From: a virus
Strand: one strand, 5' to 3'
IMG/VR virus record: IMGVR_UViG_3300050343_000110
Length of the DNA stretch: 64,000 bases
The translations under genes were made by a program, and so were the position numbers. This document shows positions 31,293-41,015 of the stretch, piece by piece (position 1 is the first letter of the stretch; each line of letters opens with the position of its first letter). The notes under the pieces were generated by a model. It was given only the letters and a program-made list of their open reading frames with translations, made no database searches and was not told where the DNA came from.

Positions 31293-31542
31293 AGAAATAA
31301 GAAATAGGATTAAGTTATCAATAGCCGCATATGCATATGAGTTTGAAGATGATGCCATCATGTCAGACCATCAGTTTGATGAATTGAGTTTGAAGATAAA
31401 CCCAGAAGAAAAAACTGGAAATGATTTGATGGATAGGTTCTTTAAGAATCATTTTGAAGCACATACAGGAATGTGGATTAGAAAACATCCAGAGATAGGT
31501 AAATTAGCAACAATCTACAAAAAATACTATAAAACTACTTGA
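31276..31542 (+). CDS. Stand-alone NAD-dependent DNA ligase domain Ia-like protein
   Basis: AYAYE..DDAIMSDHQFDEL. Confidence 0.6.
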   Translation: MQMYSKEIRNRIKLSIAAYAYEFEDDAIMSDHQFDELSLKINPEEKTGNDLMDRFFKNHFEAHTGMWIRKHPEIGKLATIYKKYYKTT

Positions 31543-31599
31543 CAGTGTGTTGACTGTCTGTTATAGTAGCTATGTAAGATGAAAAGAGAGGAATAAATT

Positions 31600-32116
31600 A
31601 TGGGTAAATTAAAAGGTTACATTATGGACATTGAAGAGGATGTCTATGCAATTGAAGGTTTGGAAGAGAAGATTTCTGAATCAGAAGATATTTCAGAGGT
31701 GCAGACTTTTGTAGTTGATGCACTTCAATTGAAAACCTCATTTGACATTGAGATTGCCAAGGATGCAGTCTCTAGTATGTGGAATGAAGGTTGGGCATAT
31801 TATCAGTAAGAGAGAGGATTATATTATGACACAAGTTGCAGTTATTCATACAGCATTTGAAGATACCCCACGAACAGTTGCGTTTGTTGAAGTGGGTGAA
31901 CGAGTTGGTACAGAGGCTCTTGAGTATGCGTACCGTTGGACACAGAATATCTTTGACAGTTGGTCATTGAAGATGCCAGAAGATGGTAATAAGGATGTCA
32001 CTGTTATGGGTGAGATTGTCGATGGAATGGGAATTCGTTCTACATCAGTCGGCGATCAGATATTGTTTGGAACTACAAAGTATAAAGTTGCTCCCTGTGG
32101 TTTTGAAAAGGTTTAG
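31600..32116 (+). other. Two small early genes (31600..31809, 31826..32116)
   Basis: Behind a TTGACA-17-TATAGT-type promoter near 31539; the second has RSTSVGD. Confidence 0.6.
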
Positions 32117-32238
32117 TTCATTATTGATTATATTTGCACTATCTGGTTGTGTATCTACGCCCGAGTTGGTGATTGAAATTTACCAGAAGTGTAAATATAG
32201 GAATGATTGTATTGGTGATAGAATAGGAGAAATGTTTA

Positions 32239-32883
32239 ATGTTGGGTAAAACTACAACAGCTCTTCTTATCGCATCTCTTAGTGGTTGCCATCCAGCGTT
32301 TGCAGAAGCACCTTGTGAGTACGATAAGACAGTAGAGACTAATTGGACACAACAAATCGAAAAGACTTCTAATATAGACAAGAAGGTTTTTCCATATGTT
32401 GACGATACCAGAAAATGCGTTATGACTATGGATGTAACGATTGAAGGTACTACATATCCCACTGGAGGTAACTATGTTTTCGGGCCTGACATGACAGAAA
32501 ATGACGCCTGTGAACAAGCGACTATCAAGGCAAAGAAAAAGGTAATCGGTGAGGTTTCACCAGAAGTTTTGACAGCAAGAACAGAGATGAACTGTTCTAC
32601 TAAAGAAGAGTTGCCTGTCCATGCTGCAGCCCCACAACCAGAGGTGACTATTACTGAGAGTTCGCCTGTAGTTACAGAACGTATCATTACTGAACCAGTG
32701 GTTACTGAAAGAATTATTTCTAGAAAAGTTATTGACGTAACGCCATCTAATGTGGTACAGTATATACCAAATAGTAATCAAGGCTTTACTATTGGAGGCA
32801 TAACACTCTCTTTCGACCCACACAGAAATAAGCGTGGTAAGTGTTATGCGAACTGGCAAACAGGTGGAACGGACTGTTACTAA
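32239..32883 (+). CDS. Exported hypothetical protein
   Basis: Signal peptide, paired Cys. Confidence 0.6.
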   Translation: MLGKTTTALLIASLSGCHPAFAEAPCEYDKTVETNWTQQIEKTSNIDKKVFPYVDDTRKCVMTMDVTIEGTTYPTGGNYVFGPDMTENDACEQATIKAKKKVIGEVSPEVLTARTEMNCSTKEELPVHAAAPQPEVTITESSPVVTERIITEPVVTERIISRKVIDVTPSNVVQYIPNSNQGFTIGGITLSFDPHRNKRGKCYANWQTGGTDCY

Positions 32884-33021
32884 TGTTAAAGTTGATTGTA
32901 GGAATTATATTGGGTATTGTTCTAATAACATACTACCCACAAATCGGTTCAGTATTAGGTGACTTGTTCACTGAATCTGGAATGCGTGATGATCTAGTGA
33001 AACTTTTAGAAGGGATATAAC

Positions 33022-33684
33022 ATGAATAAGATCATATTAGTTGGATGCACAGCACTACTTGGGGCTTGTAGTTCAACAAAAACTGTGGAGACATTGACAA
33101 ATGTACCACCACAAAGTATCGTTGCCAAAGAGGTATACGAATACAAGGCACAGGCCGTAGTCGATCAGATTGAGGTTATGCCTAAGTGGTTCTTGAAACC
33201 ACCAACTAGTGAGACTGCAATCTATTCTGTAGGAACTGCTGTCACACCAGACTTGCAATTGACTGTAGATATTGCAGTGTTGAATGCAAAGACAACTCTT
33301 GCAGACAGGATTAATGGTAGGGTTCGTTCTCAAACCAAAAGTTTTGTTGCAAAGATTGGTTCAGAAGAAACAGATACTTCTATTCTATCAGAAGTAGAGA
33401 AGGCAACTAAAAACATCATTGCAGATGTAGATGTTGCTGGTTACAAAGTTTCTGAGAGTTCAGTGGTTGCTAATGGTACACAGTATCGTGCATATGTTTT
33501 ATTGGAGTATTCAGACAAAGAGGCGAATAAGATTATTATGAACCGTCTGCGTAAGGATAGGATACTCTTATCAAAGATACGTTCAACCAAGGCTTGGAAA
33601 GAACTTGATGAGTCTGTGAACAATCAACATGAAATGGATTCGGAAGAATCGCTAACTAATATGGAGATACTTACAAGTGATTAA
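33022..33684 (+). CDS. LPP20-like lipoprotein
   Basis: Lipobox LGAC; P.W, G.A, A...A...LA. Confidence 0.7.
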   Translation: MNKIILVGCTALLGACSSTKTVETLTNVPPQSIVAKEVYEYKAQAVVDQIEVMPKWFLKPPTSETAIYSVGTAVTPDLQLTVDIAVLNAKTTLADRINGRVRSQTKSFVAKIGSEETDTSILSEVEKATKNIIADVDVAGYKVSESSVVANGTQYRAYVLLEYSDKEANKIIMNRLRKDRILLSKIRSTKAWKELDESVNNQHEMDSEESLTNMEILTSD

Positions 33685-34210
33685 AGAATTGATGCTGTCT
33701 TTCCTATCTATCGCCGCAGAACCATCCTTTGCAGATGATGTGACGATACCACAAATGGAAAATTTCGCTGTCGAAGAGGCGATTTGTCTCGCCGACAACG
33801 TGTACCATGAAGCACGAAACCAACCAACTGCTGGACAGATGGCGGTTATATCAGTAACGATAAATCGTGTAAATGACCCTCGTTTTCCAAACACTATTTG
33901 TGGTGTAGTAAAGGAAGGGCCGCATCGTCCAACTTGGAAGGGTACTGGCGAAATGATACCTGTAAGGCATCGTTGTCAGTTCTCTTGGTATTGTGATGGT
34001 AAATCTGATAAGATATATGATACAGAAACTTGGAATCACATATATCTGTTGACAAAGGGTATTGTTTCTGATACACTACAAATACTGGATATTACAGAGG
34101 GTGCAACACACTATCATGCAGACTATGTATCACCAGCGTGGGCAAAGACAAAGACTAAAACAATAGAGATTGAAGACCATATCTTTTATCGGTGGGAGCG
34201 AGTGGAATGA
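33677..34210 (+). CDS. SleB-like cell wall hydrolase
   Basis: CLA.NVYHEAR, NRV..RFP.TIC.VV, CQFSWYCDG, GATHYHA. Confidence 0.92.
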   Translation: MIKELMLSFLSIAAEPSFADDVTIPQMENFAVEEAICLADNVYHEARNQPTAGQMAVISVTINRVNDPRFPNTICGVVKEGPHRPTWKGTGEMIPVRHRCQFSWYCDGKSDKIYDTETWNHIYLLTKGIVSDTLQILDITEGATHYHADYVSPAWAKTKTKTIEIEDHIFYRWERVE

Positions 34211-34777
34211 ATTTATTTTGGTTAGATGAAGACCCCTTTCAAGTCTATTGAATACCATTGTGACAAACATATTGTAAAGATGCCAACAGAGTACAAACAA
34301 ATGCTCTGTACGGCACATCGTGTTTTGGACGGCACAGAGTATATTGATAGAACTAAAAATGGTGCAAGAATCAAACGATGGAAACACCCAGACAGAAAGA
34401 TGGAGAAAATCTTATTCAAGGCTTCTCATGTCAATCATCCTACTAACAAGTGGGTTCGTCTGTGTCGTGAGAACTATTCTATGATGTTTACTTACTACAT
34501 ATTATGTTGTAATGAGTACGAACATCGCTACAATAAAATACATGGTGCAAAAGATTATTGGGATATGTTGCGTGAGCCACCAAAGAATATGCCATCTAGT
34601 ATTATGGGGCATACACCTGTACCACAGGCAATGAAACAGTTTCCTGAGTGTATGGTAAAGGATGATAGTGTTCAAGCATATCGTAACTTTTACAATGTTG
34701 CCAAGAAGCGTTTTGCTACTTGGAAAGAAAGAGAAAGGCCTTATTGGTATGACAGTACAAAATTACGAGTTGCCTGA
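34207..34777 (+). CDS. Pyrimidine dimer DNA glycosylase family protein (5' indel)
   Basis: MNLF.LDEDP, HCDKHIVKM..E..QML.TAH, H.NHP, PQAM. Confidence 0.78.
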
Positions 34778-34905
34778 TTTGAGGGCAAAGATTGGTGCAT
34801 TACAAACTGAAAACAATCTTCTAAGAGAAGATTTAAAGGATATGACAGCCTCTTACTATGGACTCCTAAATAGGATCAAAGAACTAAGTGAAGAGAAAAT
34901 AGATA

Positions 34906-35214
34906 ATGCCGACATATAGATTTAAAAATGATGAGACAGGTGAGGAGTTTGATGATTTTATCAGCAACTCTCGTAGAGAAGAACTCTTAAAAAAGAATCC
35001 TCATATATCTCAACTACCAACACCATTTGGAATTGTTTCAACAACAGGTTCAATTGATAGTAAAACTGACGGTGGTTGGAAAGAGGTTCTTAATAAAGTT
35101 ACAGATGCCCACCCAGATAGTCCACTTGCAGATAGGTATGCAAAAAAGTCTATTAAGGATGTTAAGACTAAACAGGTGGTAGACAAACATCGACATAAGT
35201 GGAGAAGCAATTAA
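34906..35214 (+). CDS. FmdB-like small regulator without Cys ligands
   Basis: MPTY.F....TGE.F; position before phoH. Confidence 0.55.
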   Translation: MPTYRFKNDETGEEFDDFISNSRREELLKKNPHISQLPTPFGIVSTTGSIDSKTDGGWKEVLNKVTDAHPDSPLADRYAKKSIKDVKTKQVVDKHRHKWRSN

Positions 35215-35915
35215 TGGCAAAAGCAAAAGACATTCGTATTGATGATATGGTAACAGTTAGTTCTGTTACTGATAATCAAAAACGTGCCTTTCAAGAATAT
35301 AAGAACGATAAGAATCTTTTCTTGTACGGTGCGGCTGGTACAGGTAAAACATTTATTACGTTATATCTTGCATTGCAAGAAGTGTTGAGAAACGAAACAA
35401 AGTTTGATTGTGTTTATATTGTTCGTAGTGCAGTTCCAACTCGTGAGATTGGGTTCTTGCCAGGCGATGAAGAAGATAAGACAGCGTTGTTCCAAGTTCC
35501 TTACCAGAATATGGTAAAGTTCATGTTTGAACAACCGAATGAACAGGCCTTCAGTATGTTGTATGACAGACTAAAGAATCAAGGTTCGTTAATGTTCTTG
35601 ACAACTTCCTTCTTGCGTGGTATAACATTAGATAATGCAATCATCATTGTGGATGAGGCACAGAACTTGACGTTCCATGAACTGGATACAATCATTACTC
35701 GTGTGGGTATGGATTCAAAAATTATGTTCTGTGGTGATTTCTTTCAAAGTGATTTGCAGAAGAATATTGATAAGGCCGGAATGCAACACTTTATGAAAAT
35801 TCTAAGAGGTATGGACTCTTTTGCAAATATCGAATTTACACTTGGTGATATTGTTCGTTCTGGTATGGTTAAAGAATACCTTATCAGTAAGATTAAAACA
35901 GAAGGTGATGAATAA
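35214..35915 (+). CDS. phoH: PhoH-like ATPase
   Basis: GAAGTGKT, IGFLPG, SFLRG.T, DEAQN, GD..QSD. Confidence 0.95.
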   Translation: MAKAKDIRIDDMVTVSSVTDNQKRAFQEYKNDKNLFLYGAAGTGKTFITLYLALQEVLRNETKFDCVYIVRSAVPTREIGFLPGDEEDKTALFQVPYQNMVKFMFEQPNEQAFSMLYDRLKNQGSLMFLTTSFLRGITLDNAIIIVDEAQNLTFHELDTIITRVGMDSKIMFCGDFFQSDLQKNIDKAGMQHFMKILRGMDSFANIEFTLGDIVRSGMVKEYLISKIKTEGDE

Positions 35916-36163
35916 TGGGTAAGAAGAAGTCAAGAAGCACACAAACTTCTAAAGGTGAACGTAGATGTGTTGCACGAGATATTGTCAAAGCAACTCGCAG
36001 AGACTATATGCAGAGCAGTGAGAGGATTACAAATCAACTCTCTGCATTTCTAAGGGGCAAGAATGTCATGTTGACTATTCCTAATCCAAACAAGAACGAA
36101 ACGAACAAGAGAATGATTCGTGTTCCAGCCACTGACCAGTGGCGCCGTGGTGGTAAAAAGTAA
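35915..36163 (+). CDS. Basic hypothetical protein
   Basis: LTIPNPN.NETNK motif. Confidence 0.6.
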   Translation: MGKKKSRSTQTSKGERRCVARDIVKATRRDYMQSSERITNQLSAFLRGKNVMLTIPNPNKNETNKRMIRVPATDQWRRGGKK

Positions 36164-36423
36164 ATACTAAAGGAGTATAGATTATGGAAATACTAGCAAT
36201 TATTGCTGCATTGGGTGTAGGCGCACATTATCTTAATAAAGAAGATGTGCCAGATAATGTAGTTCACAGTTCGCAGAATACACAGGAAATTGCAAATTTT
36301 GGAACTAACGATGTCAGTCTTGCACAGATTGATTGGAGCAAAGCAGGCAACTTTCGTGTAGGTGATTCGAGTGAGAATGGCGTACAGTGGGTTTTTATTA
36401 CTAACTAATACAAGGACTATATT

Positions 36424-37137
36424 ATGTTTAATCATGTACCAGTAGATATCCCAGAGGTATCAACTAAAACTATCAAGCGTAAGCGTTTCTATGATACGCC
36501 TACAGGGTTCTATCCCTCTATTACAACCGTATTAGGTGTTCGTAAAGAGAAACAACAAGGACTTGCAAAGTGGCGTGAACGTGTAGGTAACGATGTTGCC
36601 AATCACATCATGCGAACTGCCGCAGGCCGTGGAACTGCTGTTCACCATATGTGTGAAGATTTCCTTAACAACAAAGAGGTTATTCAAGAAGAACAGAAGT
36701 TCTTGCCTTGGTGTTTGTTCTCTCAACTAAAACCCACTCTGACAAAAAGTATAAATAATATTTTCGCACAAGAATGTGGACTATGGAGTGAGAAGTATAG
36801 ACTCGCTGGTAGAGTCGATTGCATTGCTGAATGGAACGGTGTTCCTTCTATTATTGACTTTAAGACTTCACGTTCTGAAAGAAAAGATGACTATAATTTT
36901 GAATATTATATGCAGGCATCAGCCTATGCAGAAATGTTTGAAGAACGAACAGGAATTGAAATCAATCAGATTGTAATTCTTGTTGTAACAGAAGATGGAC
37001 TAGTTCAAGAGTTTGTTAAAGAGAAGCACGAATATCTGCAACCTCTTATTGAAACCATTGATATGTTCACTGAACAATGGGAAAAAGAAAATGAAGAGTT
37101 GGAAGAAGGCCCTGACGTTATCGGCGCTCCTGTTTAG
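36424..37137 (+). CDS. PD-(D/E)xK exonuclease (Cas4/lambda-exo-like)
   Basis: YPSITTVL, RGT.VH, AGRVDC, IIDFKTS, Q..AYA. Confidence 0.88.
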   Translation: MFNHVPVDIPEVSTKTIKRKRFYDTPTGFYPSITTVLGVRKEKQQGLAKWRERVGNDVANHIMRTAAGRGTAVHHMCEDFLNNKEVIQEEQKFLPWCLFSQLKPTLTKSINNIFAQECGLWSEKYRLAGRVDCIAEWNGVPSIIDFKTSRSERKDDYNFEYYMQASAYAEMFEERTGIEINQIVILVVTEDGLVQEFVKEKHEYLQPLIETIDMFTEQWEKENEELEEGPDVIGAPV

Positions 37138-37495
37138 TGGGAGTGCTTTGGCTGCGCCAGAGGACTATAATACACCAGAACCAGAAACACCACCTCAAGT
37201 GTTTCGTTCAGACAAACCAGTAACTTGTACTACTGATTCATATGATGAAGTAAAGCAAAACTTTCTAGAATCACATGGTGAAGTTGGTTTTATGAGATAC
37301 ATAAGTGATAGTAAAACTGCTATTGAAATAATTGGTAATGTAGACACAGGAACTATTACTATCTTAGAATTTATACCATCAAATAAATATACTTGTTTTA
37401 TTTCTGTTGGTAGAGGATTAGAGGTAAACAGTAATATTTTTGATAAGGCAAAACAAGGTATTGAAACTAACTTACTTAAATCTATTGACTTGTAA
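37091..37495 (+). CDS. Exported hypothetical protein
   Basis: Signal peptide; KPV.C ... TC....G. Confidence 0.6.
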   Translation: MKSWKKALTLSALLFSGSALAAPEDYNTPEPETPPQVFRSDKPVTCTTDSYDEVKQNFLESHGEVGFMRYISDSKTAIEIIGNVDTGTITILEFIPSNKYTCFISVGRGLEVNSNIFDKAKQGIETNLLKSIDL

Positions 37496-37515
37496 ACACC
37501 ACTATGGTATAAATA
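37485..37515 (+). promoter_or_regulatory. Overlapping sigma70 and T4 late promoters for tmRNA
   Basis: TTGACT-17-TATAAA with TATAAATA at 37508. Confidence 0.7.
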
Positions 37516-37519
37516 TAGT

Positions 37520-37877
37520 ACAGTTTGTTGATACAATCTGAAAGCTAGACAGGACTTGGGGGCAGTACCCAACGCCTCCACCATAATTACTTGAGGACAA
37601 TATGTTTGATAGACTAACAGAGTTTTTTATAAAACTGTTTAAGATACAAGAAAAGACACCAGTAAGATATCTATCTGGTGTTGGTAAATCAAGTAATTAT
37701 GATGGGGGCGAACTAGGATCGACTGATGGTAATAGGAAAGAGTAGAGCTGTGGGATGGATGCCTAATAATCCAAAAAAACTAAACGCAAACGATAACTTT
37801 GCACCTCAAGATTTTGCTCTAGCAGCATAATCGGATAGGGTTTCGGTAGGTTTCCTAGTAACAGAATAACCTACCAC
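37520..37877 (+). ncRNA. ssrA: Circularly permuted two-piece tmRNA (alphaproteobacterial type)
   Basis: Acceptor piece with T-arm TTGGG-GGCAGTA-CCCAA and CGCCTCCACCA (ends 37583); coding piece GGGGGCG..GGATCGAC from 37704 with G3-U70; tag ANDNFAPQDFALAA* at 37786..37830. Confidence 0.93.
37602..37745 (+). CDS. 47-aa ORF starting inside the tmRNA intervening segment
   Basis: GAGGA RBS; MFDRLTEFFIKLFKIQEKTPVRYLSGVGKSSNYDGGELGSTDGNRKE. Confidence 0.45.
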   Translation: MFDRLTEFFIKLFKIQEKTPVRYLSGVGKSSNYDGGELGSTDGNRKE

Positions 37878-37894
37878 TTAATTATGAAAGCAGG

Positions 37895-38662
37895 ATGATG
37901 AAAGAATTTATATTTGTAATTACAATGTGGGGAATCGATGGTTCTGGTACAGAGAATTATATAGGACAGATTGCAATGCAACAGCCGTTCTCAGAAACAC
38001 AGTGCGAAAGACTTATGGATGATGGTATGTGGAAATCTGATTACGAGAACGAACATTACTTTATGAAGGGCCATTGCTTCCCGGCAGAATGTTCTGGTAA
38101 AGAGCAATGTACAGAGTAACAGGATATTTTAAGGAACAGAAGGTAGTTCAGTATTTTACTGATGTATATGACGCTATTGATTTCAAAGATGTTGTTGATG
38201 CACACTACCCTTTAAAGGTAACATTTGAAAAAGGAGTTTATCCAGTGAGAAGTTTTATTGTAGATAGTTGGAATGGTGTAATGAATATGGATAGAAATCC
38301 ATTGAGACATATTCCAGATTTGAATGTGAGACACATGGTACTACAAGTGCTTGCATGGATGTGGTGTATTGTGTTTAGTATGTGGATTGGTAGTTTTTGG
38401 ATTATGGGTATCAGTATGATTGCTCATGCACTATTACTCGCCGCAATAGTTATTACAGTCGCAACCTTTGAAACTGCAAAACGAGCCCCACAGTATTTTG
38501 GTGGTTACGGCAGAGGCGCTGGTGGTGAGCATGAATAAGATTAAACAGTTTTGGTATGAGACTGATAGCATTGAAATGGTTCTCTTTGCAACTATATGGA
38601 GTCTGTTTGGTTACGGTGCATATGTAGTAATACTTGAACTAGTAGATAGGGTGATGCCTTAA
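37895..38662 (+). other. Small exported/membrane hypothetical genes
   Basis: ORFs 37895..38119, 38107..38538, ~38531..38662. Confidence 0.55.
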
Positions 38663-38785
38663 TACATCCGTTCAGACCAACGGTAAGTCTGTTTTGCACC
38701 CAGCATTTATACACTGGCTCTGCTTTATTAGATGGGGGGAAGAATATTCCTTTCGCTTCCCCCCATCGCTTAACAGGAGTAGATT

Positions 38786-39025
38786 ATGAATCTAGAAGAA
38801 TTAGCAGTGATGACACCCAAGAAGTTTGCAATCAAGATTGAAGAGATTGTAAAAGAAGGACTTGGACAAACTACATATATGGATGCTATTTTGGACTATT
38901 GTGAAAGACATTCAATGGAGCCAGATACAGTTGCTCCACTTATCTCAAAACCCCTCAAGGAAAAAATAGAGGCAGATGCAAGAGAACTAAACTTCCTTCC
39001 AAGAGTCGCAACACTACCAATCTAA
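38786..39025 (+). CDS. 33: Late transcription coactivator gp33
   Basis: F...IE, Y.DAI..YC, ISKPLKEKI..A..LNFL. Confidence 0.88.
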   Translation: MNLEELAVMTPKKFAIKIEEIVKEGLGQTTYMDAILDYCERHSMEPDTVAPLISKPLKEKIEADARELNFLPRVATLPI

Positions 39026-39034
39026 GGAGTTGTT

Positions 39035-39616
39035 ATGGAAGCATGGGAAGCCTATCAGATGTATCTTGGTCTAAAATTGCATTTCACAACAGATTATGAT
39101 TACACTAGGTATGGGGGTAAAACCTCAGCCACTAAGGCATCTTTCCTCAAAAGAAAGGATAGATACTTTTTCGCCAGAGTTGCAAAAAAGTATGATGATA
39201 AAACCTTAGAGTATTATGTCTCAAATTTTATTAAATCACCAAAGGGGTGGTTAGGAGATTTCAAAGAAGAAAACTATCTGGATTGGTCTAAGAACAAACA
39301 ATCATTGACATATAACTTTCTTACAGATATGTCACTTTTATTTTCGATTGTAGACGATTTTAATTCAATTTTCTCTTGCCAAAACGGCCAACATCCAGTA
39401 TTATTAAAGAACTTCCTCGCCAAGAGGATATCAGTTGAAACGATGGTAATCCTACAGGGGTTACTGAATTATGTCAGAAAATGGGATAAGGAATTAGAAG
39501 ATGATTTAGTATGGCCTGATAGTAGACGTTTAATCGTCAAGTATGGTGCATTTCTTGATTACGATAAAGAGAAATGTAAAACGAAACTTCTTAAACTGAC
39601 TAAGGAGACTTTCTGA
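39035..39616 (+). CDS. 59: Helicase loader gp59
   Basis: YL.LKLHF...YDY..Y.GK, F.KRKD.YFF, HP, IS.ET. Confidence 0.88.
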   Translation: MEAWEAYQMYLGLKLHFTTDYDYTRYGGKTSATKASFLKRKDRYFFARVAKKYDDKTLEYYVSNFIKSPKGWLGDFKEENYLDWSKNKQSLTYNFLTDMSLLFSIVDDFNSIFSCQNGQHPVLLKNFLAKRISVETMVILQGLLNYVRKWDKELEDDLVWPDSRRLIVKYGAFLDYDKEKCKTKLLKLTKETF

Positions 39617-39868
39617 TGACACAGGAAGAACTAGTAAGGGAAAGAGATTTTTACAGAGCAAAACTCAAAGAAGAGAAGTCTCTTGTAAAAGCACTAAGGT
39701 TTGAGTGTGCAGAACTGCAAAAGCGTGATGCCGAAGTAACCAAAAGATTGTCGGAAACGGCAAATCGCCCAGTGATGAGGCCCCGTAACAAGCGTCCTCA
39801 CTAAATAACATTTCCTGAGTATGAATCAAAACTGCTCATTGACATTTAACAGGAAGGTGAAGATTGGT

Positions 39869-40588
39869 ATGAAGAATAAGGAAAACTATATGCTTACAAC
39901 TGCTAAACTGGTATCGTATTCGATGCCAACTGAAGCCTTTGAACAGGAAGGGTTAAAGAACGTACAGGACTTAATCTCTTACTGTGCTCGTGTATCAAAT
40001 CCGGCAAACCAATTTAATAATAAAACCTCGACTAAACTTATACAATACTTGATAAAACACAAACACTGGTCGCCGTTGGAAATGGCGAGTGCTTGTTTGG
40101 AAATTGAAACAACTCGTGATATTGCACATCAACTAGTGCGTCATAGAAGTTTCAGTTTTCAAGAATTTAGTCAGCGATATGCTGACCCACAAACAATGGG
40201 GGATGCATTTACCTTGCGTGAATGCAGACTCCAAGACCCTGAGAATAGACAGAACTCTATTGAGATAGAGAATGATCCATCTTTACAATTAGACTTGCAC
40301 AGACAAGAGTTGATTACAGAATGGCAACGTAGACAGCATGGTATTATTAATCAGTCTAAAGAATTGTACAACTGGGCAATAGAACACGGTATTGCAAAAG
40401 AACAGGCTCGTGCAGTCTTACCAGAAGGGTTGACTAAAACTCGTGTGATGATGAATGGCACGTTGCGTTCATGGGTTCACTATATAGAATTAAGGGGTGC
40501 GAATGGAACTCAAAAGGAGCATATGGAAATCGCACAGGCAGCCGCAAAAGAGATTGCCCAAATTTTCCCACTCATGGAGAAACTATAA
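39869..40588 (+). CDS. thyX: Flavin-dependent thymidylate synthase
   Basis: HWSPLE, RHRSFSFQEFSQRY, KEQARAVLP, TQKEH. Confidence 0.95.
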   Translation: MKNKENYMLTTAKLVSYSMPTEAFEQEGLKNVQDLISYCARVSNPANQFNNKTSTKLIQYLIKHKHWSPLEMASACLEIETTRDIAHQLVRHRSFSFQEFSQRYADPQTMGDAFTLRECRLQDPENRQNSIEIENDPSLQLDLHRQELITEWQRRQHGIINQSKELYNWAIEHGIAKEQARAVLPEGLTKTRVMMNGTLRSWVHYIELRGANGTQKEHMEIAQAAAKEIAQIFPLMEKL

Positions 40589-40884
40589 TGGAAAAATATA
40601 TCAGAACCAGAATAGAGCAACTCAGTGACGATAGAGATAAAGCACACGATGAACACGACAAACAATGGTACACTCGTTGTATCCAAGAATTAGATTGGGT
40701 ACTGATGATGGGTGAAAAGAAACCAAAACGAAATTGCAGTCAGGAGTATTTGAAAGAGAAACAAGCAAATATTCAATCTGATGCAACATCCTGGCCATTT
40801 AACATGAGTACACAATGGACTCAAGATATGACTGGCACAGGAAGTTATCTTACACTAGGTGATTATAAGGTAACTTACAAATAA
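40588..40884 (+). CDS. Hypothetical protein
   Basis: WY.R.IQEL.W motif. Confidence 0.55.
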   Translation: MEKYIRTRIEQLSDDRDKAHDEHDKQWYTRCIQELDWVLMMGEKKPKRNCSQEYLKEKQANIQSDATSWPFNMSTQWTQDMTGTGSYLTLGDYKVTYK

Positions 40885-40912
40885 TTTATTTGCCCTAATA
40901 TCCAAAAATGTA

Positions 40913-41010
40913 TTGACAAATACAGGGTATTAGGGTATTATAAATACTATCATATAATGAATAATGTGAAATACTTAAACATACGCTAACATACATTAAC
41001 ATAAGGAGAA
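40913..41010 (+). promoter_or_regulatory. gp32 promoters and A/U-rich leader
   Basis: TTGACA near 40913, TATAAATA at 40939, AACATA repeats at 10-nt period. Confidence 0.65.
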
Positions 41011-41015
41011 AATAT

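Noticed and set aside
36424-37137. Cas4 as evidence of CRISPR
   Set aside because: Common stand-alone T4-like exonuclease; lacks the Fe-S Cys cluster pattern and there is no array
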